DNA from: Cyanobacteria bacterium auto_48_18
GTDB lineage: Bacteria; Cyanobacteriota; Vampirovibrionia; Obscuribacterales; Obscuribacteraceae
Direction: 5' to 3'
Assembly: GCA_036170915.1 (NCBI GenBank)
Contig: JAVHQC010000032.1
Coordinates: 1 to 64,000 of the forward strand
DNA length: 64,000 nt
Numbering within the stretch: the first letter of the stretch is position 1; each line of letters starts with the position of its first letter. The translations under genes were made by a program, and so were the position numbers. This document shows, in pieces, positions 32,413 to 41,697 of this stretch. The notes under the pieces were generated by a model. The model was not told where the DNA came from. It saw only the letters and a list, made by a program, of their open reading frames with translations, and did no database searches.

Positions 32413-34047
32413 TCAGCGTGCTGCCGCCGCCTGTTTGCGGCAAGATGTGGGATGAGGCGAAACGCTTTGATGCAATTCCAGGCCGGTAAAGGCCACAGAG
32501 CCGCCACTATTGGCCTGGTCTTGGGCAAAATCATGTAAGTGTTCCATGACAGTGTGATCGATAAAAGTGGCATGGCTCAGATCGAAAATTATTTTCTTGT
32601 TGCGGCCAATGCCAGACAGATATTCTGTAATAGAAAGGTAATTAGAAAAAATCGCAGCGTCGGCAATTTTGACAACTACCGTATCTGGCGCAGCTGAGAA
32701 TACCTCCACATTGGCTTTGAAGAGCTGATTGAGATGCACACCGCGCAGAATATGCAAGAGAAACTTCACGGCAACGCCGGCCGCTACACCAATTAGCAAA
32801 TCGGTGGCAAGCGTCACGGCAATAGTGGTGACAAAAAGCAAAGTCTGTTCCCAACCGATGGCATGGGTCTCCTTAAAAACTCGTGGTGCCGCCAGTCGGT
32901 AACCGGTGAAAACTAAAAGTGCGGCTAAAGAAGCAAGGGGAATAGTATTGATCAATGAGGCCGCCAGCAGAACAAAACTGAAAACGAATAGCCCATGAAA
33001 AAAATTGGACCAGCGAGTTTTGGCACCACTAGTGACATTGGCAGTACTTCTAACAATCTCGGCAATTACCGGCAAGCCACCGATCATTCCTGAAACAGCA
33101 CTGCCCAGGCCCACTGCAGAAAGATCGCGGCTTAAATTTGCATGCCTTTTGTATGGATCTAATTTGTCGACAGCGGCACAACTGAGCACTGTTTCAATGC
33201 CCTGCACCAGAGTGATGGAGAGCACTGAGAGCCAAAAGCCATTTAATTTAATGGCTGAAAAGTCGGGAAAGGCAAAGGCGCTAACCATGTTGGTCGGCAC
33301 CTGTACAAGGCATTTGGCTGGATTGATATCGAAACTCTGGCCGCAAAATGCATAAGAATGCTTGGTAGTTATGTGAAAGGCAATGCCTAATGCGCAAGCG
33401 CAAAGCACCACAATAATTGGTGCGGGAATTTTGCGGAGGATGCCACCTCTAACAAATGTCAGGCCAATTAAAATAATCATGCTCACTATGCCGATAGCGG
33501 CGATTTCAGGATTGGCATGGGCAATTGTGGTTGGCAGTTCCAAGAACAAATGTATTGGTTCTTTTGCCGTGGTCGCAGCACCCAGCATTACAGGAAATTG
33601 TTTGAGCATAATGACGATGCCGATTGATGCCAGCATGCCATGAACAACCGAAGCAGGGAAAAACTTGCCGATTTCGCCGGCTTTTAGTAAACCCATGATG
33701 AACAGTAAAACACCTGATATAACAATGGCCGCCAGGGTCGCTTGGTAGCCCTGTGAACCACCACCCAGTCTCTCAACAGACGAGACTATGACCACAATTA
33801 AACCAGCCGCAGGCCCGTTAATGGTGACGTGCGAACCGCTAATTTGCGAAACGAGAATGCCACCTACCATAGCCGCGATAATGCCCGCCATGGGTGGCAT
33901 CCCGGATGCCATGGCGATGCCCAGAGAAAGCGGCAAGGCAATCAAGAAAAGAATAAAACCGGAAACTATGTCTGTTTTCCAGTTTTGCTTCAGTCCGGCC
34001 AATCTATCTAAAGGAACGGGCACAGCTGAAAGTGGATCTGATGACAT
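32413..34047 (-). CDS. SulP/SLC26 anion (probably bicarbonate) transporter with STAS domain
   Basis: ALPLSLGIAMASG, GPAAGL, GGLPVIAEIVRSTAN, IPLASLAALL; STAS motif DLSHATFIDHT; GGAG RBS before ATG 34047. Confidence 0.93.
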   Translation of the reverse strand: MSSDPLSAVPVPLDRLAGLKQNWKTDIVSGFILFLIALPLSLGIAMASGMPPMAGIIAAMVGGILVSQISGSHVTINGPAAGLIVVIVSSVERLGGGSQGYQATLAAIVISGVLLFIMGLLKAGEIGKFFPASVVHGMLASIGIVIMLKQFPVMLGAATTAKEPIHLFLELPTTIAHANPEIAAIGIVSMIILIGLTFVRGGILRKIPAPIIVVLCACALGIAFHITTKHSYAFCGQSFDINPAKCLVQVPTNMVSAFAFPDFSAIKLNGFWLSVLSITLVQGIETVLSCAAVDKLDPYKRHANLSRDLSAVGLGSAVSGMIGGLPVIAEIVRSTANVTSGAKTRWSNFFHGLFVFSFVLLAASLINTIPLASLAALLVFTGYRLAAPRVFKETHAIGWEQTLLFVTTIAVTLATDLLIGVAAGVAVKFLLHILRGVHLNQLFKANVEVFSAAPDTVVVKIADAAIFSNYLSITEYLSGIGRNKKIIFDLSHATFIDHTVMEHLHDFAQDQANSGGSVAFTGLELHQSVSPHPTSCRKQAAAAR

Positions 34048-34101
34048 TGAAGGGCTCCGAAACAAACTGCTGTGGCTTAGATTCGACCATAACAGGCAAA
34101 A

Positions 34102-34131
34102 GTGATGAACATGTGATCAATTCTTGAAGCA
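34102..34131. promoter_or_regulatory. Candidate OmpR-family binding site (11-bp-phased direct repeats)
   Basis: GTGATGAA (34102), GTGATCAA (34113) and a weaker TTGAAGCA (34124) in the divergent SulP/hyfB intergenic region. Confidence 0.45.
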
Positions 34132-34204
34132 AACGCAACACATGGCGAAATCGGCTGACCAGGCCAACACACTTCGATCACATTTGGCTGTTAGCGTACT
34201 ATTA

Positions 34205-36211
34205 ATGTTCAACGACTTAGCTCAAATATCAGCTGCTCACTTGTTCACCGGCGCCAGCGCCTTATGGCTCGCAGGCATTTGCATTAGCGCCATAGGACGA
34301 GAGCGGGACAAAGACATCCAGCTGGCAGCAATTATGCTCATCGGTTGTTTGCTGGCTTTAACCGGTGCTGCACTTTCGTGGAATCATGCAATTGAATACA
34401 ATCAGTTACACTTTATCTCTTTTGGCCTGGCTCAGGCCGATGCTCGAGTAGATTCACTCAGCGTTCCTTTTATCTCTTTGCTCGGTCTACTGGGCTCAGC
34501 CGCAGCGGTAGCCAGCCCCAGTCATCTCGCCAGCTTTAAAGATCGAGGCAAAAAAGGTCATTACTGGAAGCTGACATTCATATTTATGATTGGCATGCTG
34601 CAGGTTTTACTAGCCGCCAATGCCATTGCGTTCTTAGTGTTCTGGGAAATTATGTCGCTTTCATCGGCCGCCCTGGTAGCCGCTGATCACGTGCGCCATC
34701 GGGCCCAGCGGGCCGCTTTTGCCTACCTTACCGCTACCCGCATTTCGACTGCATTTATTACTGCCGCCTTTTTGTTTATGCATCAAAACACCGGCAGTTG
34801 GTCGCTGGCCGCCTGGCATTTCGACACGCCTGACAGCCTGTGTGCCGCGGTTTTATTGCTGATTGGCGTGTGCACCAAAGCTGGTGTCTGGCCCATGCAT
34901 GTCTGGTTACCGTTGGCTTATCCTGAGCCGCCGGCTCCTACTTCCGCCCTGTTTAGCGGCCTAGTGGGCAATATGGCCATCTTTTTGCTCATGCGCCTGC
35001 TGCTGGCAGGATCATGCAATCACCTGGCCATTGCTTACATCGCCATGGCTCTCGGTACAGTCTCAGCCGTATGGGGAGTGCTTTTTGCTCTGATGGAACG
35101 AGACCTGAAAAAACTTTTGGCTTATTCTTCCGTAGAGAATATGGGCATCATAATCACCACCATTGGTGTTGCGGTTCTAGCCCACAGCCACGGTCTCAAT
35201 GACGTGGCGGCGCTAGCAGCAGCCGGTGCGCTCTTCCATTCACTCAATCACGGTCTTGTTAAAGCGCTCTTATTCTTAGGTGCTGCTTCAGTCGAACGCG
35301 CTGCGCACACAAGAGTGCTCTCAGCTCTCGGTGGGCTTTCGAAAAGCATGCCCTGGACTATGCTCTGCTTTTTTGTCGGCTCACTTTCAATTTGCGCAAT
35401 GCCGCCAATGAATTGTTTTGCCAGCAAATGGCTGGTTTATCAAAGCTTTTTCCACTTATCGTTCGCGCACGTGCCCATTCTCGAGAGAGCCATAGCACTG
35501 GCAATGGTAGGTGTTTTAGCATTCGTAGGCGCGCTGTCGCTGGCATGCTTCACCAAAGCGGTTGGCATTGCCTTTCTCGGCAGACCGCGTACTAATGCAG
35601 CTGCCAAAGCTAAAGAATCTCCCACAGGTAGTCCAGATGGTCTGATTCTCGCGCAACTTATACTTACTGTGGCCTGCGTCATGGTAGGCACCTCGGTGCC
35701 AATTGTCCTCGAGGGCCTCACACCTGCAATTCAGCAGCTGACAAATAATCACATTATAGAGGGCCCAGCTCTTTTCTCTCTGCCCATCGGGCAGCTGACT
35801 CTAGTAGGTGCCGCTCTCGTATCGGGCATTTATATTTTTGTGCTGGGCGGAAAGTCAGCCACGGTGAAAAACTACATCACCTGGGATTGCGGATTCGGCC
35901 CCCTTTCTACGCGAACAGAAGAAACCGGTTCAAGCTTTTCGCACCCCATTGGTCGCATTTTTTCTCAAGTTCTGCAAATGAAAGTAAGCACTGAAATATC
36001 AGGAAAAGACAGGCGACACTTCCCCGAAATTGTGAAAGTAGAAACTTTTATGACACCAATTCTGGAAACCAAAATTTATCAACCGCTAATCAATGCCTTT
36101 AACTGGCTCTCCAGCTCACTGGTGCGCCTGCAAACCGGCAGCATTCACATTCACTTACTCTATGTATTTTTGACCATGATTCTTCTGGTTTTCCTTGGTA
36201 CTAATATATGA
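34205..36211 (+). CDS. hyfB: HyfB/HycC-like antiporter-type membrane subunit (Ehr complex)
   Basis: FLVFWEIMS, TKAG.WP.HVWLP, LKKLLAYSSVENMG, HSLNHGLVKALLF, WDCG, LQTGS; start uncertain (34142 or 34205). Confidence 0.88.
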   Translation: MFNDLAQISAAHLFTGASALWLAGICISAIGRERDKDIQLAAIMLIGCLLALTGAALSWNHAIEYNQLHFISFGLAQADARVDSLSVPFISLLGLLGSAAAVASPSHLASFKDRGKKGHYWKLTFIFMIGMLQVLLAANAIAFLVFWEIMSLSSAALVAADHVRHRAQRAAFAYLTATRISTAFITAAFLFMHQNTGSWSLAAWHFDTPDSLCAAVLLLIGVCTKAGVWPMHVWLPLAYPEPPAPTSALFSGLVGNMAIFLLMRLLLAGSCNHLAIAYIAMALGTVSAVWGVLFALMERDLKKLLAYSSVENMGIIITTIGVAVLAHSHGLNDVAALAAAGALFHSLNHGLVKALLFLGAASVERAAHTRVLSALGGLSKSMPWTMLCFFVGSLSICAMPPMNCFASKWLVYQSFFHLSFAHVPILERAIALAMVGVLAFVGALSLACFTKAVGIAFLGRPRTNAAAKAKESPTGSPDGLILAQLILTVACVMVGTSVPIVLEGLTPAIQQLTNNHIIEGPALFSLPIGQLTLVGAALVSGIYIFVLGGKSATVKNYITWDCGFGPLSTRTEETGSSFSHPIGRIFSQVLQMKVSTEISGKDRRHFPEIVKVETFMTPILETKIYQPLINAFNWLSSSLVRLQTGSIHIHLLYVFLTMILLVFLGTNI

Positions 36212-37155
36212 ATCTTGCTCTACATACTATGCTGGAAACATTGGGCTTCACCGCCACATTCTTGTTATTGCCGCCACTGATTGTCGGTGTGATTCGCAAG
36301 ACCAAAGCGCGTTTTCAAAATCGCATGGGTGCGCCATTATTGCAACCATATTATGACCTGCTCAAACTTTTGAGCAAAAGCGAAACCATAAGCAAACACA
36401 CCAGCTGGATATTTCGCAGCACAGCAGCAGTGAATTTATCAATGTTGATTATTCTTGCATATCTTGCACCATGGACATCATTTAGACCTTTTGCAATGGG
36501 CAGCGATCTTTTTCTTGTAATTTACTTACTGGCTCTGACCCGCTTTTTCACAGTGCTCTCTGCTCTTGATGCAGGCTCTGCTTTTGGTGGTTTTGGTGCC
36601 AGCCGTGAAGTCACTCTAGCCCTTCTAGTGGAACCCTCTGTGATTCTTTGCCTGGCGTCGCTGGGTTCAATTAGCCAATCGAGCGACCTGGCTTTTGTCT
36701 TTTCATTTAAGAACACAGAACTGCTCAACCAACCAGGTCTGTGGTTCATCGCCGGTTGCGGTCTATTTCTTGCCAGCCTGGTGGAATTGTCGCGTATGCC
36801 CGCAGACGATCCCACAACTCACCTGGAATTGACCATGGTGCACGAAGCCATGATTCTCGAAAACTCTGCTGCAAATCTGGCTCTGGTTGAATACGCGCAC
36901 TTTCTCAAAATTCTAATTTTGCTTGGTATATCAAGCCAGTGCTTGCTTCATGCCGTACCTTTTTTCTGGCACACCACAGAGCTTATTCGCGCCTCTGCTT
37001 CAATCGGCTGCATTCTTCTGATGGCCATTAGCATCGCTGTGATTGAGAGCGTGGCAGTTAAATTGCGCTGGACCAAACTGCCTGAGTTCATTGCTTACTC
37101 TGTGGCCATGAGCATCTTTTGCGTTTTCATAGCCCTGGGCAAGAACCTGAACTGA
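36208..37155 (+). CDS. hyfC: HyfC/HycD (NuoH-like) membrane subunit
   Basis: KARFQNRMGAPLLQPYYDLLKL, FGGFGASRE, R.P.DDPTTHLELTMVHEAMILE. Confidence 0.92.
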   Translation: MNLALHTMLETLGFTATFLLLPPLIVGVIRKTKARFQNRMGAPLLQPYYDLLKLLSKSETISKHTSWIFRSTAAVNLSMLIILAYLAPWTSFRPFAMGSDLFLVIYLLALTRFFTVLSALDAGSAFGGFGASREVTLALLVEPSVILCLASLGSISQSSDLAFVFSFKNTELLNQPGLWFIAGCGLFLASLVELSRMPADDPTTHLELTMVHEAMILENSAANLALVEYAHFLKILILLGISSQCLLHAVPFFWHTTELIRASASIGCILLMAISIAVIESVAVKLRWTKLPEFIAYSVAMSIFCVFIALGKNLN

Positions 37156-37166
37156 GGATTAAAAAA

Positions 37167-37817
37167 ATGGTTCTCAATACATTTGAAGCACTGACAATGT
37201 TAGCAGCCATTCTTGCAATTCTCATTCTTGGCACCACTCATTTGCGCACCAATCTGTCTTTCTATTCGCTGCACACCACAGCCCTTGCGGCAGTAACAGC
37301 CTGGATCGCCAACATTACACATGACTCGCATTTATATGTAGTTGCAGCGGCAGTTTTTGCTATCAAAGGCTGGGTAATTCCTTACTTTCTCAATAGTGTA
37401 ATTAAAAAAATTGGTATCGGCACCGACACTGGTGCTTTCATCGCCGCCCCACTTTCAATGCATCTAGGCGCTCTGCTGCTTGGTTTATCGTATGTAATCA
37501 GCCAGCAAATTCCTGGCCTGATTGGCGACCTTGATTCGCGCATAGGATCTACGGCCGCCATGTCGATTTTGTTCTCCGGGGTGCTGCTAATGCTCACAAG
37601 GCGAGCGGCTATCAGTCAAATTGTTGGTTTTCTCGTGATTGAAAACGGCGTCTATCTGTTTGCCATTACGCAAACTCACGGCATGCCGCTAATGGTAGAA
37701 ATGGGTCTGCTTCTGGAAGTACTAGTGGCGGTAATGGTGGCAGGCTTGCTGCTCTTTAATATCAAAAAGAGCTTTGAGCATATCGATGTCAGCCAGCTTA
37801 CAGAATTAAAGGACTGA
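37167..37817 (+). CDS. hyfE: HyfE-like membrane subunit
   Basis: KGWVIP, QIVGFLVIENG, MPLMVEMG, L..LKD; GAGGA RBS before ATG 37167. Confidence 0.9.
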   Translation: MVLNTFEALTMLAAILAILILGTTHLRTNLSFYSLHTTALAAVTAWIANITHDSHLYVVAAAVFAIKGWVIPYFLNSVIKKIGIGTDTGAFIAAPLSMHLGALLLGLSYVISQQIPGLIGDLDSRIGSTAAMSILFSGVLLMLTRRAAISQIVGFLVIENGVYLFAITQTHGMPLMVEMGLLLEVLVAVMVAGLLLFNIKKSFEHIDVSQLTELKD

Positions 37818-37822
37818 GGCCA

Positions 37823-39262
37823 ATGAACGACCTGCTCCACTTAATTGTATTGCCCGCGGCCCTGGCCCTGATCAGCTTATTTCTAGAAGTAAAATTGACA
37901 CGCAAACTTGTGCCCATCATGCTCTGGTGGCAACTGGCTATCGTTGTTTTTGTGCTGCATCCTTGCTTACAAGGCGCTGAACGGATGCAATTTTCCAGCG
38001 GGCTAGCCGTGGATAAAATGGGCACTTACTTCATTTTACTGACCACCTTCGTTGTCTCGTGCTGCGTCACTCACGCCGACTACTATTTTGCCGCAGCTGA
38101 AGCAAACGGAGATGGATACGCAGCGCGATCGCTGCGCCTTTTCTATGCATCTGTCAACCTATTTTTACTGGCCATGACCACAGTTTTTGTTTGCGACAAT
38201 CTTGCTTATTTATGGATTGCCATTGAAGCCACTACTCTTTCATCAGCACCGCTGGTCTATTTTGAACGCAACAAATTTGCCCTGGAGGCCACCTGGAAAT
38301 ATTTGATGGTCTGCTCAGTGGGCATCGCTTTTGCCTTGCTGGGCACCGTATTTATTTTTGCCGCCAGTCAACGCGGCACGTTAGTGGAGCCCACCCTCAA
38401 TATTTCAGAGTTAATTACCAATGCTCAGCTGTTGAATTTTCCACTATTACGTCTTGGTTTCATTTTTTGCTTAATCGGCTACGGCACCAAGGCTGGTATC
38501 TTCCCGCTGCACACCTGGCTGCCGGATGCTCACGCTGAATCACCAGCACCCGCATCAGCAATGCTTTCTGGAGCGCTCTTAAACTGCGCTTTGTTCGGCA
38601 TCTGGAAAGTAGCAAGTATTATTAACGCCGCCCAACCCCACTCTCACGTGCATCAGTTGGTGGCGATTATTGGCACCATCACTGTTGTCGCTGCCAGTTT
38701 ATTACTATTGCGCCAGCACAACTTCAAAAGACTATGGGCCTACTCGAGCATTGAAAACGTAGGTCTGATGCTATTTGCCATCGGACTGGGATCAGGGCCC
38801 CTATTTTTCTTACAGGCTCTCAATCATAGCCTGGCAAAAGTGGCATTGTTTCTATTGACCGGTAATATCATTCAGGCCTCGGGCACAAAAAAATTGAATA
38901 AAATGCATGGTGTTATTGAAGACTGTCCTATTTGGGCCGGATTGCTGGCTCTGGCAGCCTTCGCTGTCACCGGTGCACCTCCCTTTGGTGCCTTTGTGGC
39001 CGAGATGTCTATGCTCAGTTTAAGTATGTCGGATGGCCGCTGGATACTGGCTCTAATTATGACTGGCGCCATCGCTATCAGTTTTGTGGCCATTCTCGCG
39101 CACGTGGGCAAAGTAATTCTCGGCAGCGGCAAACAAGGTTTTAAAAGCTTCCAACCGACGCGTGCATCAATTATTCCGGCGATTCTTGTGATTGGCACCC
39201 TGTTCCTTGGAGTGTGCGTCAACACCGAAGCCTGGTCAGGCTCATGGAGCGTAATTAGATGA
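37823..39262 (+). CDS. hyfF: HyfF-like antiporter-type membrane subunit
   Basis: WIAIEATT, LEATWKY, GYGTKAG.FPLHTWLPDAHAESPAPASAMLSG, KRLWAYSSIE. Confidence 0.92.
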   Translation: MNDLLHLIVLPAALALISLFLEVKLTRKLVPIMLWWQLAIVVFVLHPCLQGAERMQFSSGLAVDKMGTYFILLTTFVVSCCVTHADYYFAAAEANGDGYAARSLRLFYASVNLFLLAMTTVFVCDNLAYLWIAIEATTLSSAPLVYFERNKFALEATWKYLMVCSVGIAFALLGTVFIFAASQRGTLVEPTLNISELITNAQLLNFPLLRLGFIFCLIGYGTKAGIFPLHTWLPDAHAESPAPASAMLSGALLNCALFGIWKVASIINAAQPHSHVHQLVAIIGTITVVAASLLLLRQHNFKRLWAYSSIENVGLMLFAIGLGSGPLFFLQALNHSLAKVALFLLTGNIIQASGTKKLNKMHGVIEDCPIWAGLLALAAFAVTGAPPFGAFVAEMSMLSLSMSDGRWILALIMTGAIAISFVAILAHVGKVILGSGKQGFKSFQPTRASIIPAILVIGTLFLGVCVNTEAWSGSWSVIR

Positions 39263-40752
39263 AATTAGAACGCCTAGAGATGCCCGTGGATCAGTTGCAT
39301 GACAAGCTGGCTCGCACCCTGACAAAAGATTCGACCAAGCGTCTTGGTTTACTTACATCCATCGATGGTGGGCAACTGGTTACACTTTTGCTCAACCCAA
39401 AAGATGGCACCGCAGAACTTTTAATTAGCCCTCTGGAATTGGAGCGTAACAACTATCGCTCGTTGACGCCAAAGCTGGCTCAACTTCACTGGTTCGAAAG
39501 AGCGCTTTTTGACTCTTTCGGTATCGTGCCTGATGGCCATCCGCGCTTTAAGCATCTAATTTTGCATGAACAGTATGAAGCTGATTTTTTCCCGCTGCGC
39601 AAAATTGCCTTGCCTGAAAACTTTGAGAATGTTCTGCCCCGTCGCTATGAATTTCTTGAGGTCAAAGGTGAGGGCGTCTATGAGTTGCCTGTAGGCCCGA
39701 TTCACGCAGGGGTCATTGAGCCCGGTCACTTCCGCTTTAGTTGCTTTGGCGAGACCATCGTTAATCTGGAAATCAGACTGGGTTGGGTGCATCGCGGTGT
39801 GGAAAAACGTCTCACTGAAGTACCGTGGCAGAAGGCTCACTTTGTCGCCGAAGCGGCCGCCAGCGACACCGCCTGCGCTAATGCTTTTGCACACGCCATT
39901 GCCATCGAATCTATTTTAGGAGTGACAGTTAGCGAACGGGCTCAATATTTACGTTCTATCGCATTGGAAATAGAACGATTGGCCATGCACATAATTGATG
40001 TAGGCGGCATCGGTACCGACATTGGCCTGCTCGGTGTAGCCAGTGCTATGGGCCGTCTTCGCGGCAAAGCGCTGGGGCTCGCTGATTTGCTTTCAGGCTC
40101 GCGCTTTCTGCGTGGTTTTATTTTTCCTGGTGGTGTGCGATCGGTGAATGAGAGAAAACTCTCTGAAATTAAAGCCGGAGTGACAGACTTGCGCAAAGAA
40201 CTAGCGCCGGTGATTCAGATACTTTCAGAAAATCAAATGGCTACAGAAAGAATGAAAGATATCGGCAAACTGTCACGCTCGCTGGCCCATGAATTTGGCA
40301 TGGTGGGCGTCATGGCACGAGCCTGCGGTATCGAATACGACAGCAGATTATCGTTTAAACAGGGCAAATTTCCCGAGCTAGCACCATCAATAGTGACCGA
40401 ACTAGGCGGCGACATTCTTGCTCGCACTAGAGTGCGCATCGGCGAGATTGCCACCACTCTCGATACTATTGAAAAGTTAGTGGACGGCTGCCCTCATGGC
40501 GAAGAAAAAATGGCATTGCCAGAAAAATTACCGGCAAATGCCACTGGTTTAGGTATTGTTGAAGCCTTTCGCGGTGAGTTGATTCACCTTATATTTACTG
40601 ACGAAGCGGGCAAAATTTCACGCTATGCCATCAAAGACCCAAGTTTTGAAAACTGGACGGCAATATCGATTGCCATTCGTGAAAATCTCATTGCTGATTT
40701 TCCACTCTGCAACAAAAGCATGGCCCTTTCATACAGCGGTAACGACCTCTAA
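39259..40752 (+). CDS. HyfG/HycE-like (NuoCD-like) large subunit lacking NiFe cysteines (Ehr large subunit)
   Basis: VGPIHAGVIEPGHFRF, LGWVHRGVEK, EAFRGE, KDPSF.NW; L1 site reads EAAASDTAC and the C-terminus IADFPLCNKSMALSYSGNDL instead of the CxxC motifs. Confidence 0.92.
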   Translation: MKLERLEMPVDQLHDKLARTLTKDSTKRLGLLTSIDGGQLVTLLLNPKDGTAELLISPLELERNNYRSLTPKLAQLHWFERALFDSFGIVPDGHPRFKHLILHEQYEADFFPLRKIALPENFENVLPRRYEFLEVKGEGVYELPVGPIHAGVIEPGHFRFSCFGETIVNLEIRLGWVHRGVEKRLTEVPWQKAHFVAEAAASDTACANAFAHAIAIESILGVTVSERAQYLRSIALEIERLAMHIIDVGGIGTDIGLLGVASAMGRLRGKALGLADLLSGSRFLRGFIFPGGVRSVNERKLSEIKAGVTDLRKELAPVIQILSENQMATERMKDIGKLSRSLAHEFGMVGVMARACGIEYDSRLSFKQGKFPELAPSIVTELGGDILARTRVRIGEIATTLDTIEKLVDGCPHGEEKMALPEKLPANATGLGIVEAFRGELIHLIFTDEAGKISRYAIKDPSFENWTAISIAIRENLIADFPLCNKSMALSYSGNDL

Positions 40753-40771
40753 TTTTAAAGCGGAAAGCATA

Positions 40772-41611
40772 ATGTTGAAACTCATTTCTTATCTACTGCA
40801 GCAAGGCATCGTTACCAACAAAAATATTTGTCCGGACCTGGCGGAAGGCGTGCGCGGGCTACCCATGATTACCGATGTACCTTGCAGTATCGGCTGCACA
40901 GCTTGCGTAGAGGCCTGTCCCACCGATGCAATTTCTGTCTTTAAAATCGAAGAGAGCGGTCACATCAAGCTTGATTTAGGCCTCTGCATCAGCTGCGGCT
41001 ATTGTGTCGATGCATGCCCCACAGGCACCATTACTAATAACCCCAGTACGCGCGTGGCAGTGAGCAGGCGTGAAGATTTGATTTTAACGACATCAGGTCA
41101 GCCGCGTGAGAATCAACTTTTGGCCGCATCAACGATCGTGGCCGCCCCGGATTCTCTCAGAAAAGCACACTGGTTTAAGCGCTCAGTAGCCGCACGAGTA
41201 GTTTCGACAGGGTGCTCTGCCTGCGATATGGAACTCGGCGCAGCCGGAAACCCCATATTTGATATGGAAAGATTCGGTGTACACATCGTCGCTTCACCAA
41301 GGTTTGCCGACGCTTTAATTGTCACCGGGCCTATTTCAAAGGGCATGCAAGAAGCACTCAAAAGTTGTTATGGTGCCATGTCTAGCCCGCGAATCGTGAT
41401 TGCGCTCGGCACCTGTGCAATATCTGGCGGTGTTCACCGTGGCGGATATGCTAGCGCCAATGGCATCGCGGACCTGTTGCCCGTCAATGTCTATATTCCT
41501 GGTTGCCCGCCACATCCGTGGAGTATTATTCACGGCATGCTAGTGGCCATGGGTAAAGAACATTTGGCCCCACGGCCGGTGTCGAGGCTTTCATTGCGCA
41601 TCGAAAAATAG
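40772..41611 (+). CDS. Fused 2x[4Fe-4S] ferredoxin (HyfH/NuoI-like) and small subunit (HyfI/NuoB-like)
   Basis: CSIGCTACVEACP, CISCGYCVDACP, then TGCSACDME, ASPRFAD, GTCAISGG, PGCPPHP; ATG 40772. Confidence 0.9.
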   Translation: MLKLISYLLQQGIVTNKNICPDLAEGVRGLPMITDVPCSIGCTACVEACPTDAISVFKIEESGHIKLDLGLCISCGYCVDACPTGTITNNPSTRVAVSRREDLILTTSGQPRENQLLAASTIVAAPDSLRKAHWFKRSVAARVVSTGCSACDMELGAAGNPIFDMERFGVHIVASPRFADALIVTGPISKGMQEALKSCYGAMSSPRIVIALGTCAISGGVHRGGYASANGIADLLPVNVYIPGCPPHPWSIIHGMLVAMGKEHLAPRPVSRLSLRIEK

Positions 41612-41618
41612 ACATGCT

Positions 41619-41657
41619 AAAACGCAGAGAAATTTTCGGAAAATTTCTCTGCGTTTT
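41619..41657. repeat. Palindromic element copy 3, probable bidirectional terminator
   Basis: AAAAC-GCAGAGAAATTTTC-G-GAAAATTTCTCTGC-GTTTT between convergent genes. Confidence 0.85.
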
Positions 41658-41697
41658 GGAATGTTGTGAAAGAGATAGCAATGACCGATTCACATAA

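Noticed and set aside
39259..40752. Active group 4 [NiFe]-hydrogenase or formate hydrogenlyase
   Set aside because: Both Ni-binding CxxC motifs are absent, and there are no maturation or FDH genes in the window.
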